From Daphnia carinata (Eukaryota), in assembly GCF_022539665.2 (NCBI RefSeq), contig NC_081334.1:2418001-2482000 (forward strand): a DNA stretch of 64,000 bases, read 5' to 3'. The position numbers were made by a program, and so were the translations under genes. Below the pieces are notes generated by a model. The model saw only the letters and a program-made list of their open reading frames with translations. It did not search any database and had not been told where the DNA came from. This document shows, piece by piece, positions 11,963 through 24,382 of this stretch (within the stretch, counting starts at the first letter, position 1; each line of letters starts with the position of its first letter).

Positions 11963-13385
11963 ATGAATTAATGGGAACAACGCACCAAAGGTGGCATAAA
12001 CAGAGGAGGAATAAGCAAACTAAATAAATAAAAGTTGATAAATGTATTGTGTGAAGACAGCGGACAATGGAAGAACAAATTTTGCAAAACATATTTTGTA
12101 AAAAAAATTTTATTGACAATTCTCTGCACATTAGAATTATTTTTGCAACTTTAAAAAGGCACAATAGCCCTTTCAAAAATTGCCGTCAACCCAGGCAGGG
12201 GGAGACACTGCCTTGTTGACCCACCGGGGAGATTACCCGGTGATTGGCTAAGAGAAGCCGGAAGAAGAGCTGAAGATTTGGAACATTTTTACAGGAGCGA
12301 TTAACCTTTACTTCGGATTTGTGGGCAGCCACATCGCCCTCCGTGAACACATCATCGGACTAAGCGGACACCCCACGTCCCCTTTCCGGCCAGAGCCCTC
12401 CAAACCTCGGTATATGTTGTTTTTAAATATACCGTACAGTAGGGGCATGACCCCCTACGGGCTTATTATGAGTCAAGGGGAAACGGGGCTACGGAAAGGA
12501 AGGGAGCCCAGATATACACTTCAATTTTTTAAACATTAAATACCGTTTTTAAATGAGCATGTCAATAAAGTATGGAAATTCCATGTAGTGTATCCAATCA
12601 TAATGCTTCATTCAGTACGTTGCCCCAAACAAGGAACCTTTTCAGTCTGTAGGAGTTAACCTTCCTCAACTCCATTTCGTTGTAGAGAAAGTTGCCCTTT
12701 AGAAAAACAATTCAAGAATTAAATGAACGGGTATTTTAGATATATTAGATATCTTACCATTTAACGCCATCAATGAAAAGTGTTATCAGTGCCTACAACG
12801 AATGACTAGGTGTAAGCATCTATTTGCGCTAGCGAAAAAAATACAGCCGCCACAGGATGGTGGACTAAACTTGTCTCACGCCCGACATGGCGTGACCGGA
12901 GAACTCCCGTCATGAATTGCTTCCTGTTTTGCACTGCGTGCGAAAAAAGACTAGATTTTAGCAAGGAAATGAAAAACTACATTCAATTCAATACACGGTC
13001 TTCATAAACATAGTGAAATCACAACGTTTAGTTCTGCATATGCAATTTCGAATGTTTACCTTGCATCATATTAATAGGCAATATATTTTTTGTCTTCATA
13101 ACATACCAAACCGTTATTTCTTACAAAAATTTGAACTCTTTTTCGTTTTTCTTTGCTCAGCAATAAAAAGAACGTAATAACCTGAAGTAAATTGTTTACA
13201 AACTGTTACCGTCACGGATTACATGTGGCCAGAAAACCAATTTTTGTGCAGAGTTACTTCTACATAAATCCATATGCTAATCACTAAAAAAGTAGGCAAA
13301 AAACTACAGGCTTACATTTTAAAGTCCAATTATCTTTTACGCTTCATAAAAGGTATGTCATACCAATAAGAAGCAAAAAAAAAAC

Positions 13386-14936
13386 CTAACTTACATCGTT
13401 CATCCACGACACAAATGTAATTGCCGAAAAAAAAAGCAAGGTGACTAAGATAGGTAGCCATCTGGCGTTGACAGCACAAACCATAAGAATTTTACCAAGA
13501 AAAGTTAACAGTAAGAGATTTAAGGCATTTTCTAAAACGCTTTTACCTTCCGAATCTGTAAATGAAGTGATTTTCCCGCGAAGGTGGTCCCCTAAAGTAG
13601 CGGAGGAACGACGTCTTCCTTCAGCACAGCGGTCATTTCTAGATAAATCCATCACTATCCTGATTCCTTCACTAAAAAAATAGACAAGAAGCCACAGGCT
13701 TTCATTTTATACAATTAATTGTACTTTACACTTCATTAAAGCTATATTATTGAAAAAACAAACAAAAAAAAAACAGAAAATTAACTTACATAATTGATCC
13801 ACGACTCGAAATGCAAAGGCGGGAAAAAAGCAACGTGAACCATCAGAGGCAAGCGAGGTGACTTACATTGGTAGCCATCTGGAGTTGACGGAAAAACCTA
13901 TAAGAGTTTTACCAAGAAAGGTTAACATCACCACATCAAAGAGATTTTCTACAACGATTTTACCTAGGAATCTGTAAATGATGTAATTTTTCCGCGACGA
14001 TGGTCGCCCAACGAACGATGTCTTCCTATAACCTTTTCATGGTAACGAAATAAATTAAAAAAACAGTGTTCAAGCAACCTGTGGGTACCTTTTTTGTTTG
14101 TCGCATGTCGGGAAGACGCACATTATGTTATTTTGTAAGTCTTTTGGCTGTAGTTAGATCCAGTTCCTTTTGAGTTTTACACCAACAACACATCGTCACA
14201 AGGAACAAAATTAGAAGGCAACAAATTTCCGAAACCAAAAAAACCTTTGTTCAAGATCAAATTCTTCCAGAGCTTCGTTTTTGCTGATTGCGAATTTGTT
14301 TGAATCCTTTCTTATTCTGTTCTTCAGCTTTGCAAGACGTTAAGGTCCATTCTTGAATGCTAATGAAAAATCCCCATATGAGGAAATCGGCGTAGGCGAA
14401 ATGGCAGATGCCACGGCGATGCCCTCATTTACGTACTACATTGTCATCTGCCAGCGCCTTTCTTCATTCCGGTCATTATTGGGGCTTGCATCAGGAACTA
14501 AATGGTCTTCGTTCGGATTTTCAAGTTCTCCTCTCCCGGGTTTCGGCACATTTACTGGTTGTTCATTCCACAACTGTATTCCATCCTTCCAGACCTAGTT
14601 AAGACGAAATTGAAAAAACAAACAACTGTAACATCATCTTAAAAGCAAAAAAATACAAGAAAAAATCAATCGAACTTGAAATCAATTTTTAAGAATAGTT
14701 GTTTTTTTGCGCAGAAAGCGCTTGCCTCATTCAGGATATCACAGACACCCTTGTTTATGTCAAGACTTTGATTTTGGAAAAAAATTCTGAACCTTTGGCT
14801 AGGCAGTTGCAACAACCTCATCTTCTAGGGACTAGCTGTATAATTCATAACATCTCCAACATAAATGTGTGGATTGTATTGATGCAAATTTGCATACTTG
14901 CTCTAGCGTGACAGAAATTCATCAACACAAAGTAAC
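13386..14936 (-). pseudogene. Degenerate multi-exon gene fragment on the minus strand within the TE block (also ~26837-28387)
   Basis: Exon-like segments after acceptors at ~14936 and ~14595 read as protein with isolated in-frame stops (VWKDGIQLWNEQ...WQMTM*YVNEG...NGP*RLAKLK). Two diverged hydrophobic exon copies at 13386-13660 and 13785-14030. Confidence 0.4.
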
Positions 14937-15296
14937 CTGTAGAGGAAAAAGATTATCATGAGACGGAGACAAACAAGGATGTTAACATTACCACAAGAAC
15001 TACAATCTTTCAAACATTCAAGTTTTAAACATCTCAAAAGCTATCAAATATACAGTCTAAATGATGTTAACAAGACCTCTGAAAATCAAGAATTTACAAG
15101 TGATTTTTTTGAACAAAGTGGATTAAAACCCATCCTTCGAGAAATCCAGTAGCTGGTATTACCTCTAAATGCATTTTCAGTATCTAATACTCTCGACTGG
15201 ATTAATTCTATCCACTGCAAACAGATGCACCTGCCAAACAAACGGTGAACAAGAAAGGGCTAATAACTGTACGATAAACTGAAAAAAAAAAAAAAA

Positions 15297-15372
15297 CACT
15301 ACACTACCTACACTACCTACACTACCTACACTACACTATACTACATATATATACACTACACTATCCTACCAC
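15297..15372 (+). repeat. CTACA/CTAC microsatellite after an A-run (also ~28749-28812, one unit shorter)
   Basis: Directly visible. Confidence 0.8.
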
Positions 15373-16155
15373 GTGCACGGCACAAATGAAGTAATCGACA
15401 CTTCCAGACGGTTACCTAGCAGTTAAATATTTCCTCACTAGATGTCTTGATATATCAATATTGCCAGGATGCCACAATTATTCATCCGTTTTTCCCTTTT
15501 GCTTAAAAAACTATAAGCTCACCATTAAAATAAGCTAAATTTTCGTGATTGCCGATCAATTTTTAATCGAAATAATGTATTTTTAGCTAAATCTAAAATT
15601 TAGCCAAAATTGAAAAAGTGAGAAGGGTATAGCCTTCTCATTTTCATGAAAATCTTCAAAAATCGACATCTCTTAAAATTCAATAAAAAAACACACTGCA
15701 TGCCTAAAACTGAATGCTGATTCTGGCTGTATTATTAGTTTTCTCGCTAGTTATGTCATTTTTGAAAAAACACAGTCGTAGCAATAATAGCGCAAGGCAA
15801 CAAAAGTTCTTGGCCTTCGACCTAATTTCTACGTGCTGCCATCTAGTGCACAAAAAATTTAGGTTAGTTATTTACAATTTACAAATACAAAGTTAGTTAT
15901 TTTTAAAATCCTATAAGCGCTCTTTATACGTTTATTTCGTTGATAAATAAGGAGAACACCGCTACATAGCAGTAGCCTATTACGTTGGACGCTTTGATGA
16001 GGCAATATTGTATTACTACTCTACAATTATATTTTCTTCCTTTTTTCCCCCCGTTTTTTAGTTGGAACTATTGCTTGGTCAGCGCGCTATTTATTCTAGG
16101 TATTTGCATGCGAATTACCCGATGTGTTGATATTGAACGAGGCAATGACGACGGC

Positions 16156-18182
16156 CTAGGGAAGACAGCCGACACTAAGGACGACGGCTACGACGACTAG
16201 GAGGGTAGTAGTTTCAGGTGGACTTCCGCAATTGAGGCAAGGTGCTGTAGGAACCATTGGCGCGACTATGGTGGTTGCGGGGGGCTCACAGTTTACACAT
16301 GGAGCTGTCGGGACCACTATCGTGGTGGTAGTTGTTGGTGGAGTCTCGCAATTCAAACAGGGAGCGGTCGGAACAACGATAGTAGTAGTGGTAGGTGGTG
16401 CAGTAGTAGACGTGGTCGATGGCGTCGTTTTTGTAGTGGCAGTAGGAATTGGCTGCTGTCCTCCGACGACATTGAGCCAATAGTAATAGACAGATAATCG
16501 AGTAAAAATGCTTGGAACATAAGGAGTCCCGCAGCCTTGGTTTTTGGACATAATCCCCACTGCAATACCATTTTGTACCAATGGAGATCCTTCGTCATAC
16601 TGGCACGGACTCGCGACATCTTTGTAAAGAATTTGTTTTTAATAAATGAAATTTTAATGCAATGCAAAAAGCAAAAATACTTACCGCTGCCAGCGCAAAT
16701 CATGTAACTATTGTTGAATTCTATCGAACCGTAGCTTAAGCAATCAGCTGGCATTGAGAGCTCTGTCTTACGGAGCTTCGTAACTTCTATGCCATCCGCC
16801 TATTTCAACATCGTACCAATAACAATATCACACGACTCTTATAGCAAAAAGAAAAAAATTAATTATTCTTCAAAATCTAACCGTTGTTGCTCCCCATCCC
16901 ATGGTGATGGCTGTACTTATTGTTTCATCCACTTCGTCGTACCGGAAGGCCTGCACGGCAGTGCCGAACACCACGGGCCTATTAAGCTATAGATACACCA
17001 AGCATTTGATGTAAATAATAATACTAAAGCTTGATATAAAAAATGTTATGGCATACTTACGGATATTAAGGCGATGTCGTTCATTTTGGTTAGCGGGTCG
17101 TAATCATCGTTGATGGAAACGGATGACACTGCAATGACTTGCTGTTGAGCGGATGGTTGTATAAGGCTTACGATGCCCACCACAACAACCAACTGATTCG
17201 GTAAAAGCCTACACTCGCATCATATAAGATTCAAGGATAGAAAGAAAACGTTAATACAAGCCATCGTTCAAAAACGATTGTAGTTGACAACAGAAATTAC
17301 CCGTAGACACAGGAGGCTGTTGTTACAATCCATCGTTCATTGTAGATAAAACCACTGCAAATGTGGCGACGATCAAGCTGAATGGAAGCGATGTAAGGGA
17401 ACTCGCCTTCAACTGCCAGACTTCCTCCCGCGATGCGGCCAGAGATATCTTGCGGTGCTCCTTCACGTTTGGGACAATAGAAAATGGCAATCAAAAATCA
17501 GAAATCGTTTAGGGCTACCTGGAGGATTGAGAAACATACAGTATTTATATTTTTATTTTTATTTTTATGTATTCCTCTACATAAAAAATCGGAGCGGAAA
17601 ATATTTTTTAGAGCCTATAGCGGCTGCTGCTGCCGCCGTAGCGACCTTGAATATTTTCCGCTGCGATTTAAAAAGTAGATAAGTAGGAAAATCGGCAACT
17701 ATGCGGGATGGGAAGATAGCGCAAATTTCCTTGGAATAAAAATTTGCCGTTTTTAACTCAAAATTAGAGTGATTCTGCATATGGCATGATATGCAGAATC
17801 CCATATTAGATTATAGTTTAAATGATGCTTTTTTTTTTAAGCCCAAAAAACTCCCTCGTAGCCCCATTTATCGTCGCGTACATGAGAGCCAAAGTTGCCC
17901 CATTTACTATTGGCCCTCTCGACTGTCCGGAAACTTTTGCCAGCTATTTTAAACGGCCTTTCCCGTGAAAGAAAAATTCACAAAAAAAAATCACGTATAA
18001 AACTAATCTTAAGGAACAACTTCATTTTCAGAATCATCTATGTCCGATGATTAGTATATTTTTAAGAGTTAAAAGAAAAACCGGTTTTTCCATAAGCCGC
18101 TCTCGGCTGTCCGGAAACTTTCGGCAGGTACTGTACCTGTGGCGAATGCGATCAGGAGCGAAAATATTAAAATGTTCCTCAT
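16156..18182 (-). CDS. Secreted trypsin-like serine protease homolog (non-catalytic) with Thr/Pro-rich tail, copy 1
   Basis: Signal peptide MRNILIFSLLIAFATG; R-IAGG activation site; HICSG; WIVTTASC (His lost); NDIAL (Asp kept); CQYDEGSP (Ser lost); PSIFTRLS; tail with PTAPCxNC repeats. Confidence 0.9.
17539..18133. mobile_element. Tc1/mariner-type non-autonomous insertion with TA TSD in intron 1 of protease copy 1
   Basis: Absent from copy 2 (empty site aacaTAcctgt); TA|cagta...tactg|TA; right end ctgtccggaaactttcggcaggtactg is repeated internally at ~17915-17945 (IR-DR-like). Confidence 0.85.
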
Positions 18183-20625
18183 AACTGGAGCTTGACTGCT
18201 GGTACTGCTGATGACGGACAACTGACTGGTTCCCCTATTTTAAACGTTACTAGTGTACATCTTCGTCTTGATAAAATGCAGACGGATAGTGATTTTGAAA
18301 TCAAAGACTATCGTGTTACTGCCCCCTCCCGTTCTTTCGATAAGCCAAAAATTATGAACATAAAGGCATATAATGGCTTTAGAAAGTTCAAGAATTTTAC
18401 GAGCATTTTTTAATTCATGGTTTATTGAACTAACGCAAGACCATATCAAACTCTAGCAGTTTCCCTTAATGGTTTGCAAGCGAAGGGCAGGTAGTTATTG
18501 TTGACGTCACTGATCATATCTTGATGACCTTTTCAGTTAATCACACAAAGAATTAAAATGACAAATAAGTAATCATCGTACTTGATAGTCAGCCTTCTTC
18601 CCCAGATGTAACATTCTCCGGAATAGTTCCCAAGCTCTTCATCGTGAAAGTAGACACCCTTTTATACTTAAGCCCTGTCAAAATTTGTCGCAATGACATG
18701 AACGATGCAACGCATACTGCAAGATAAGGGGATTTTCTTTTGTTTTTGTCGTCTTCTTCATTTATGAGTGATGCTCATCACTATCAATGATTGGTTTCCT
18801 CACTACTGCTGATAAATCGACAGGCGGCAAAAGTTCATTGCAATAACAGGTGCAGAGTTTCACGATGATAGCCCACGTCTTTTATTTTCTATTTTCTTTA
18901 AGCCGTTTCAGCAAAGGATAGTAGGCTAGTAGTGCAGCAATAAAACCCATTGAACTTGAAAGGGTCGGATTATTTGTCCGGCGGATCAACGGCGGGTTAT
19001 ATATCTTGATAAACAATGAGATTCCTTGCAGGGCTGGTTACATGTGGAAGTCAAAGGAAGAATGCGCTCCTACCGGCCCAGCCTCTTTTCGTTATACGAC
19101 GATGGAGATCATAACAATCATTACATTTTACAACAATCAAATTAACTCAAAACCACTGACGTCGTGTAGACAAAAAATAAAATTCCAAGAATAAGATTAC
19201 CATATCATAGAAGCGGTTACATATTACGTAAGCTTCCTGTTTCGAATTCCCCGAATTTCTTTAGTCCAGCTGTCCGTCTTTTTGCTGACGATGGTCTTTT
19301 TGCCTCTTCTTCTTCATTCCAACCCTTTTTCTTTCTTTTTCCGTATAGCAAACGTTTCACACCGGTAGCCAGAACGTTTTAGATGCAAATGCACTGCTAG
19401 CGTCGATGGAACAATCATTGGGTTCCGTCTTCCTTTTATTTATTGGCTAGTTTTGTTATGGAATTTCAATACGCATATAATGCAGTGTCAGTGTATCCAA
19501 TTGATTCTTCGTCAAGAACATCCAAATGACGAACTACCAGGCGTGAAACGAGTACATCCAAATGTCAACGTATGTTTTCTCTTTTTACCTGACACGATAA
19601 GCACAAGTGAACTGTCAATTAATCTGCGATTGTCCTATTAAAACAAATATCCATAGATGACTCTTTGATTAGTTGGCAGTTATCGACTGTAAAAAGAAAC
19701 TGTTGGCGATAACGTAAAACGCCCTCGTATTTGAGATAAATTACGAAATGTAGGTGCCATGTAATCAGTGAGTGACGTAACTCGCAGTTTCGCATTACTC
19801 GTGTTGCACCGTCTTAGGTATAACTGCCTCACCATAGTTTTTAAATCCACATTCGCTACATTCTTGCCCTAGTGTGAGCGGGTATGTATACGATATCTGA
19901 GATGCCAATCGTAAGTTTTGATTTTACATACAAACGTCAATAATGAGTTGAACAAACTAGAGTGACCGTCGTCGTTGATTTCGCTCCGCGTTCTTTTGGG
20001 AATCGCATCGATAAGTATCTCATAATTTCCTCGAGTTGAAACACATACAGACCTCATCGATCGATGGGCCGTCCTGTATTAAAGTGTTGTATTGCAGCAA
20101 GGAATGTATCTTTCAGCTTCCTTTTTCAACCATTCCTTTCTTCTGGTCTTCATCTATTTGTTCTCTTTCGAACCCATTCGCCCCATGTGCCGTAGTGACG
20201 GTGGCCACTGATCTATTTTTAATACAAATCAAGTCTTCACGGTCTGCGGGAGCGTTCTAGATTTTGCCGTAGTCCTTCGAAAATCCAAAGTCAATGTGAA
20301 TGTAACCAACTGGGGATAGAGGAAGGCAATGGGATCATCGACTTACGTGAAAATCTTTATTTTATCTGTCGGTATTTAGCCAAATTCCTGCAATCATTTC
20401 ACATTCCAAAATTTCTTCTTCTTGCTCACATATGTGAGCAAGCGGTCGTCATATACTCGGACGACGACAGACTTGCAAAACCGAAACTTATATGGGTACA
20501 TGTACTATTTCTCGTGCTTTGTAAACTTTTATCTCGCCGTCTTGTATTTTCCTTTTGAACAGTAGTGAAATCCTTATACAATTTTAAATTCAAATAATGT
20601 ATTTTCCTAGAATATTAGATTTTTG

Positions 20626-21121
20626 GAGTATATCTTGTGATATTCAACCAATTCCGATAAGTGTTAGGTTTTGCAGGAAAAAATGTTAAGCCCGACTAAA
20701 TAAGCCCGACTCGTCTTATTTTTGCACGAATATTCGATGTAATTAAAAAACGGCTAACTTGACAAGAAAACGAATGATTTTTTCTGAATCGGCGTTAAAT
20801 TTTGATTATACTCAGTGATTTTCATCGAATTCCAAGAGATGTCATTTTTTGGCCGATATTGACAAAAGTGGTAAGGCTATAGCCTTTGCACTTTTTCATT
20901 TTTGGCTAAATTTTAAATTTTGCTTAAAATACATGATTCCAATTCAGAATTGAATGCTTATCATGGAAATCAAATTTATTTTTCAATTGGTCTTATGGTT
21001 TTTTAATTAAACGTAAAAAACGAAAAAATAAGAAAAGTCGGGCTTATTTAGTCGGGCTTAAAAAAAATTTCTGCAAAAACTGGCACTCATCGGCATTGGT
21101 TGAATATCACAAGATATACTC
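20626..21121. mobile_element. MITE with ~85 bp TIRs (GAG..CTC termini), complete copy
   Basis: gagtatatcttgtgatattcaacca...taagcccgactaaataagcccgac is inverted at gtcgggcttatttagtcgggctta...tggttgaatatcacaagatatactc. No clear TSD. Confidence 0.85.
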
Positions 21122-24100
21122 AAAATTACATGCTGATTCCGGGAAAATTGCTATTTTTTTTCATTAAGTTTATCGTTTTTGAAATACACCGAATATTTGA
21201 TACATTACTAGCGCGCCAGTACGCTACAGCGCTAGCGCGATGCAGCAGAAATATTTGGGTAAAACGGGTTGCCATATTGCCATAGTTTTCACAATTTCTT
21301 TTCATACGTCTGTAAAGCGAATGGCGATGATTTCGAAATATGGCAGATGTGGATCGGTTAACTAATTATGACTATATCTACCTACACTACCAATAGTTGA
21401 CGATCTGTCGAGCGTGCCGGTGTGATTTGTCCGTGGGAGAAGCAGTCTAGAAAGTCAACGTAATATAGTGCCGTCTCATCCATTATTTTAGATGACATCC
21501 TTTGTCACATCAATGAAAATTCTAATCCTTCTAATAGATTTACCCAACTGTGAGCAAGAGTCAGCTTCGGGAATGTAAGCGCTCAGCAGATACAACAACG
21601 AGCCATATTCAAGTTGTAGCACAAAGTTCGTACAGTTGTGATTATTCCCGAACACCTATGCGGTAGGAAATGCTTGACAGGCAAATGGTACGATAAAATC
21701 CCATAAACATGAATCGAATGAATAAATTGAAAGGCAAATGGTACAATAAAATTCCATCAATATCAATGTAATGAATAGATTTTTCCATCCAGGCTTTGCG
21801 GCAACTGCCATATAGCTTCTTATTGCATGATGGAACAAGGATTCACCATCGTCATCAACTATGTTACACATGGTAATGCATTTCTACAGAGTTAGCTTAA
21901 TTTACTAACTTTAATCAAACATTTGCTATATTAGGCAGAACACTGCTGAAAGAATGTAGGGATATGACGAACAGGACTTCGGAAAATGTCTACCCCAAGG
22001 GTGATGATTACATTTGTCTTCTCACCATTAATCAGCTGTAGGATAAAACTTGATGTACTATCAAAATATTTCACTCTTTCTTATTAGTAAAATGCAACAC
22101 AACTTAATTGTTCTTTTTCTCTCTTTTAGGATTTCCCGTGTAAAACTGTGTTGCTAATGTAATGTTACGGATGCTTCCTAATCTGTCTAGCAGTCATTTT
22201 CAAGGATGATCAAATCAGGAGGTTTAGAAGAAGTATATGTCTAACATTGAATTTTTGAATGGGTTTACCCAACATTTTTTTCATTAGCTTATAGAACAGC
22301 CAGCCAATGACACACAATTTAACTGTTTGATAACTTTTTGGAAGGACATTATATGATGGAGGATCAGCCATTCAAAGTGGCATTTTATGGTAGATATTTC
22401 AACCACTCATTGTTGTTTGTAGTGAACACATACGTTCTTCAATAACAAAACAAAAAAATGTTTTGCTTTCTAGATTGGGCTGAATCACATTTCTGTTATT
22501 CTGTGGCTGATAGATGGACCGGTACTGATTAACTTTGTTTGCGTAATTAATTTTTTTCGTTATTTTTGTTAAAATTCCAGTCTGCGTTGGTTCTGTTATG
22601 CGGACAAATAGCATAAATTTTTTCTTTTCAACGTTATAATTGGATAGTGTCAAGCTGATTAGATTCATTTAGGTGTTCATTTTACTGTCAGCTATTAATA
22701 TTTTGCATTCCATATAATCGTAATTCCCAGTGAATAATTGAAGTGCTGGAAAATAAAATTAATTTTCTTTACAATTTGATTTCAGGGTATCTTTAGATTT
22801 TTATAGTTTTGAGTTTATTCAAGAGTCTGCAAGCTCTTTGCTGACTTCCTCATTCAGATATCGCCTGTCGACGATTTCACAGCCTCACGCAATTAAAGAA
22901 CGTATGACAAAAAGTAAGTGATCTAAGCTAATGAACACAATGCAATGTATTCTAACTATACCATTCAAAACAAAATTCCAGGCAAAAATGATGTATTCGG
23001 AGCAGAAAAATGAAGGTGTATCCATTTAATTGAAATAGGCACACGACAACGCTCAATCGACGTCCTTGTCTCAGTAGAGAATTTTTTCCGTTGAACATAT
23101 GGCCGAAATAATATTGCAGTTGTTCAAGAAAGAAAATTGTATTGTCAGACAGCATTAATGTTTAATAGCTTGAAATCCAGAGATGTGTGAAGTTGCGAAA
23201 TTTCTAGATGTGAAGTGCAATCAAGCTTCTTGTTGAATTGTGAACCCAAATTATGTATTTCCTAGAAATATCTAGGTTTTTGGATAAATAAATAAAAGAC
23301 AGTGAAAAAACTGGGCTCAAAAACGTGTTAAATCGCTATATTATAAAAATACTGTTCATGATTTTGGTCGCTGCATTTGTTTAAATAAAATTGAAATGGT
23401 ACAAATATGGGGGGGGGGGGGGGTCGCCCCCATATTTGCCATTCACGCTCAAGAAGTTTGTAAAAAGAGTTCACATCAGTGCAGTTCCCGTCTCGAAAAA
23501 ACAAGATTTTCAGTTTTTACGAATATTTCGGTTATTAATTGGAAAACAAGATGACGCTGCTGTGCCACTGTTTACTTAGTGACTGTGGGAGTAGTGAAAC
23601 CTGTGTTCGAAAAGTTTTTGTGAAGTATGTCGTATTCCAAGGGAAAATTCAAGAAAATCTAATGGTGGTTCTGTGTGTTTTCATCCTAGAGTGTGTTTTG
23701 CAAGTGAAGCCCACAAAATGCTTGGTTTTTATGTTACATGTCTTGTAATCACCTATGTCAGCTGTCAAACCAAAAACTGTTCGCAACCCAATATGTTGCA
23801 TTCATCAAACTATTCTTGTGCTCATTGAGAGGTATAAGACTTATGTTTTGTTATCAGAATCTCATTGACGGATTTGCTTTTAAGGTTTAGCTCATGAAAC
23901 TTCATTTGTAAAGGATACTTCCCGTTGAGGAGTGTCACCAAAGATGCAAATCCTATGGGTAGGAATACCATAATAGTATTCTTCTAATCTTTAACCATTC
24001 ATGGTCTCCTATCAATTGTAATCTAACAGTTGCACTAAATTCGTCTTATGCTGCAGTGCCAACTGAAACCACAGCCATTTCCGAAGTTATATACTATACT

Positions 24101-24382
24101 TAGCCTACCAACAGACAAAGACATGTACCTCAACACAATTTATATTGGTATTGGTAAACTTTTCTCATACCTAGTATAGTTTGTTTGTTTTATAAATTCA
24201 ATATTCAACCATAGGACTGCCAACTCTTTGCCGTCTGCTGCCTATGTGCTGGCCCTACAGTATTTCTAGCCATTGGACAACAGAAGTAAGTCAAATTGCT
24301 TTCATACATTTGGCTACATCAGCAATCTTATATTTCCCCCTAAGTAATTCTTTTTCTTTACATCTACGATACAGAACAAAGC

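Larger units (their letters stand above)
6891..15828. mobile_element. Composite transposon block with Helentron/Helitron2-like ends and degenerate gene fragments, copy 1
   Basis: Left end: perfect 22-bp palindrome cttgctcacatatgtgagcaag. Right end: gcgcaaggcaac..ggccttcgacc-taattt (short stem-loop plus T-run). Interior holds nested MITEs and stop-interrupted spliced ORFs. No intact transposase or RepHel seen, so the class is inferred. Confidence 0.4.
6824..20356 (+). repeat. Tandem segmental duplication, unit 1 (~13.5 kb)
   Basis: Collinear with 20354-33537; the ORF track repeats at a ~13.5 kb offset; junction shares a TCT microhomology. Confidence 0.97.

Noticed and set aside
12185..12225. 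GTCAAC...GTTGACC resemblance to the 5' stem of HEARO/IscB omega RNA
   Set aside because: Only a 6-bp stem matches, and there is no IscB/TnpB/Fanzor-like ORF (PLMP, RuvC, HNH) nearby.
12268..12310. CTGAAGA as a hammerhead ribozyme core
   Set aside because: No stem II followed by GAAA, and no stem I/III arrangement.
14250..14936. Stop-codon recoding to explain in-frame TAGs in the minus-strand fragment
   Set aside because: TAA stops and frameshifts also occur, and neighbouring genes end with standard TAG/TAA/TGA; decay is the simpler explanation.
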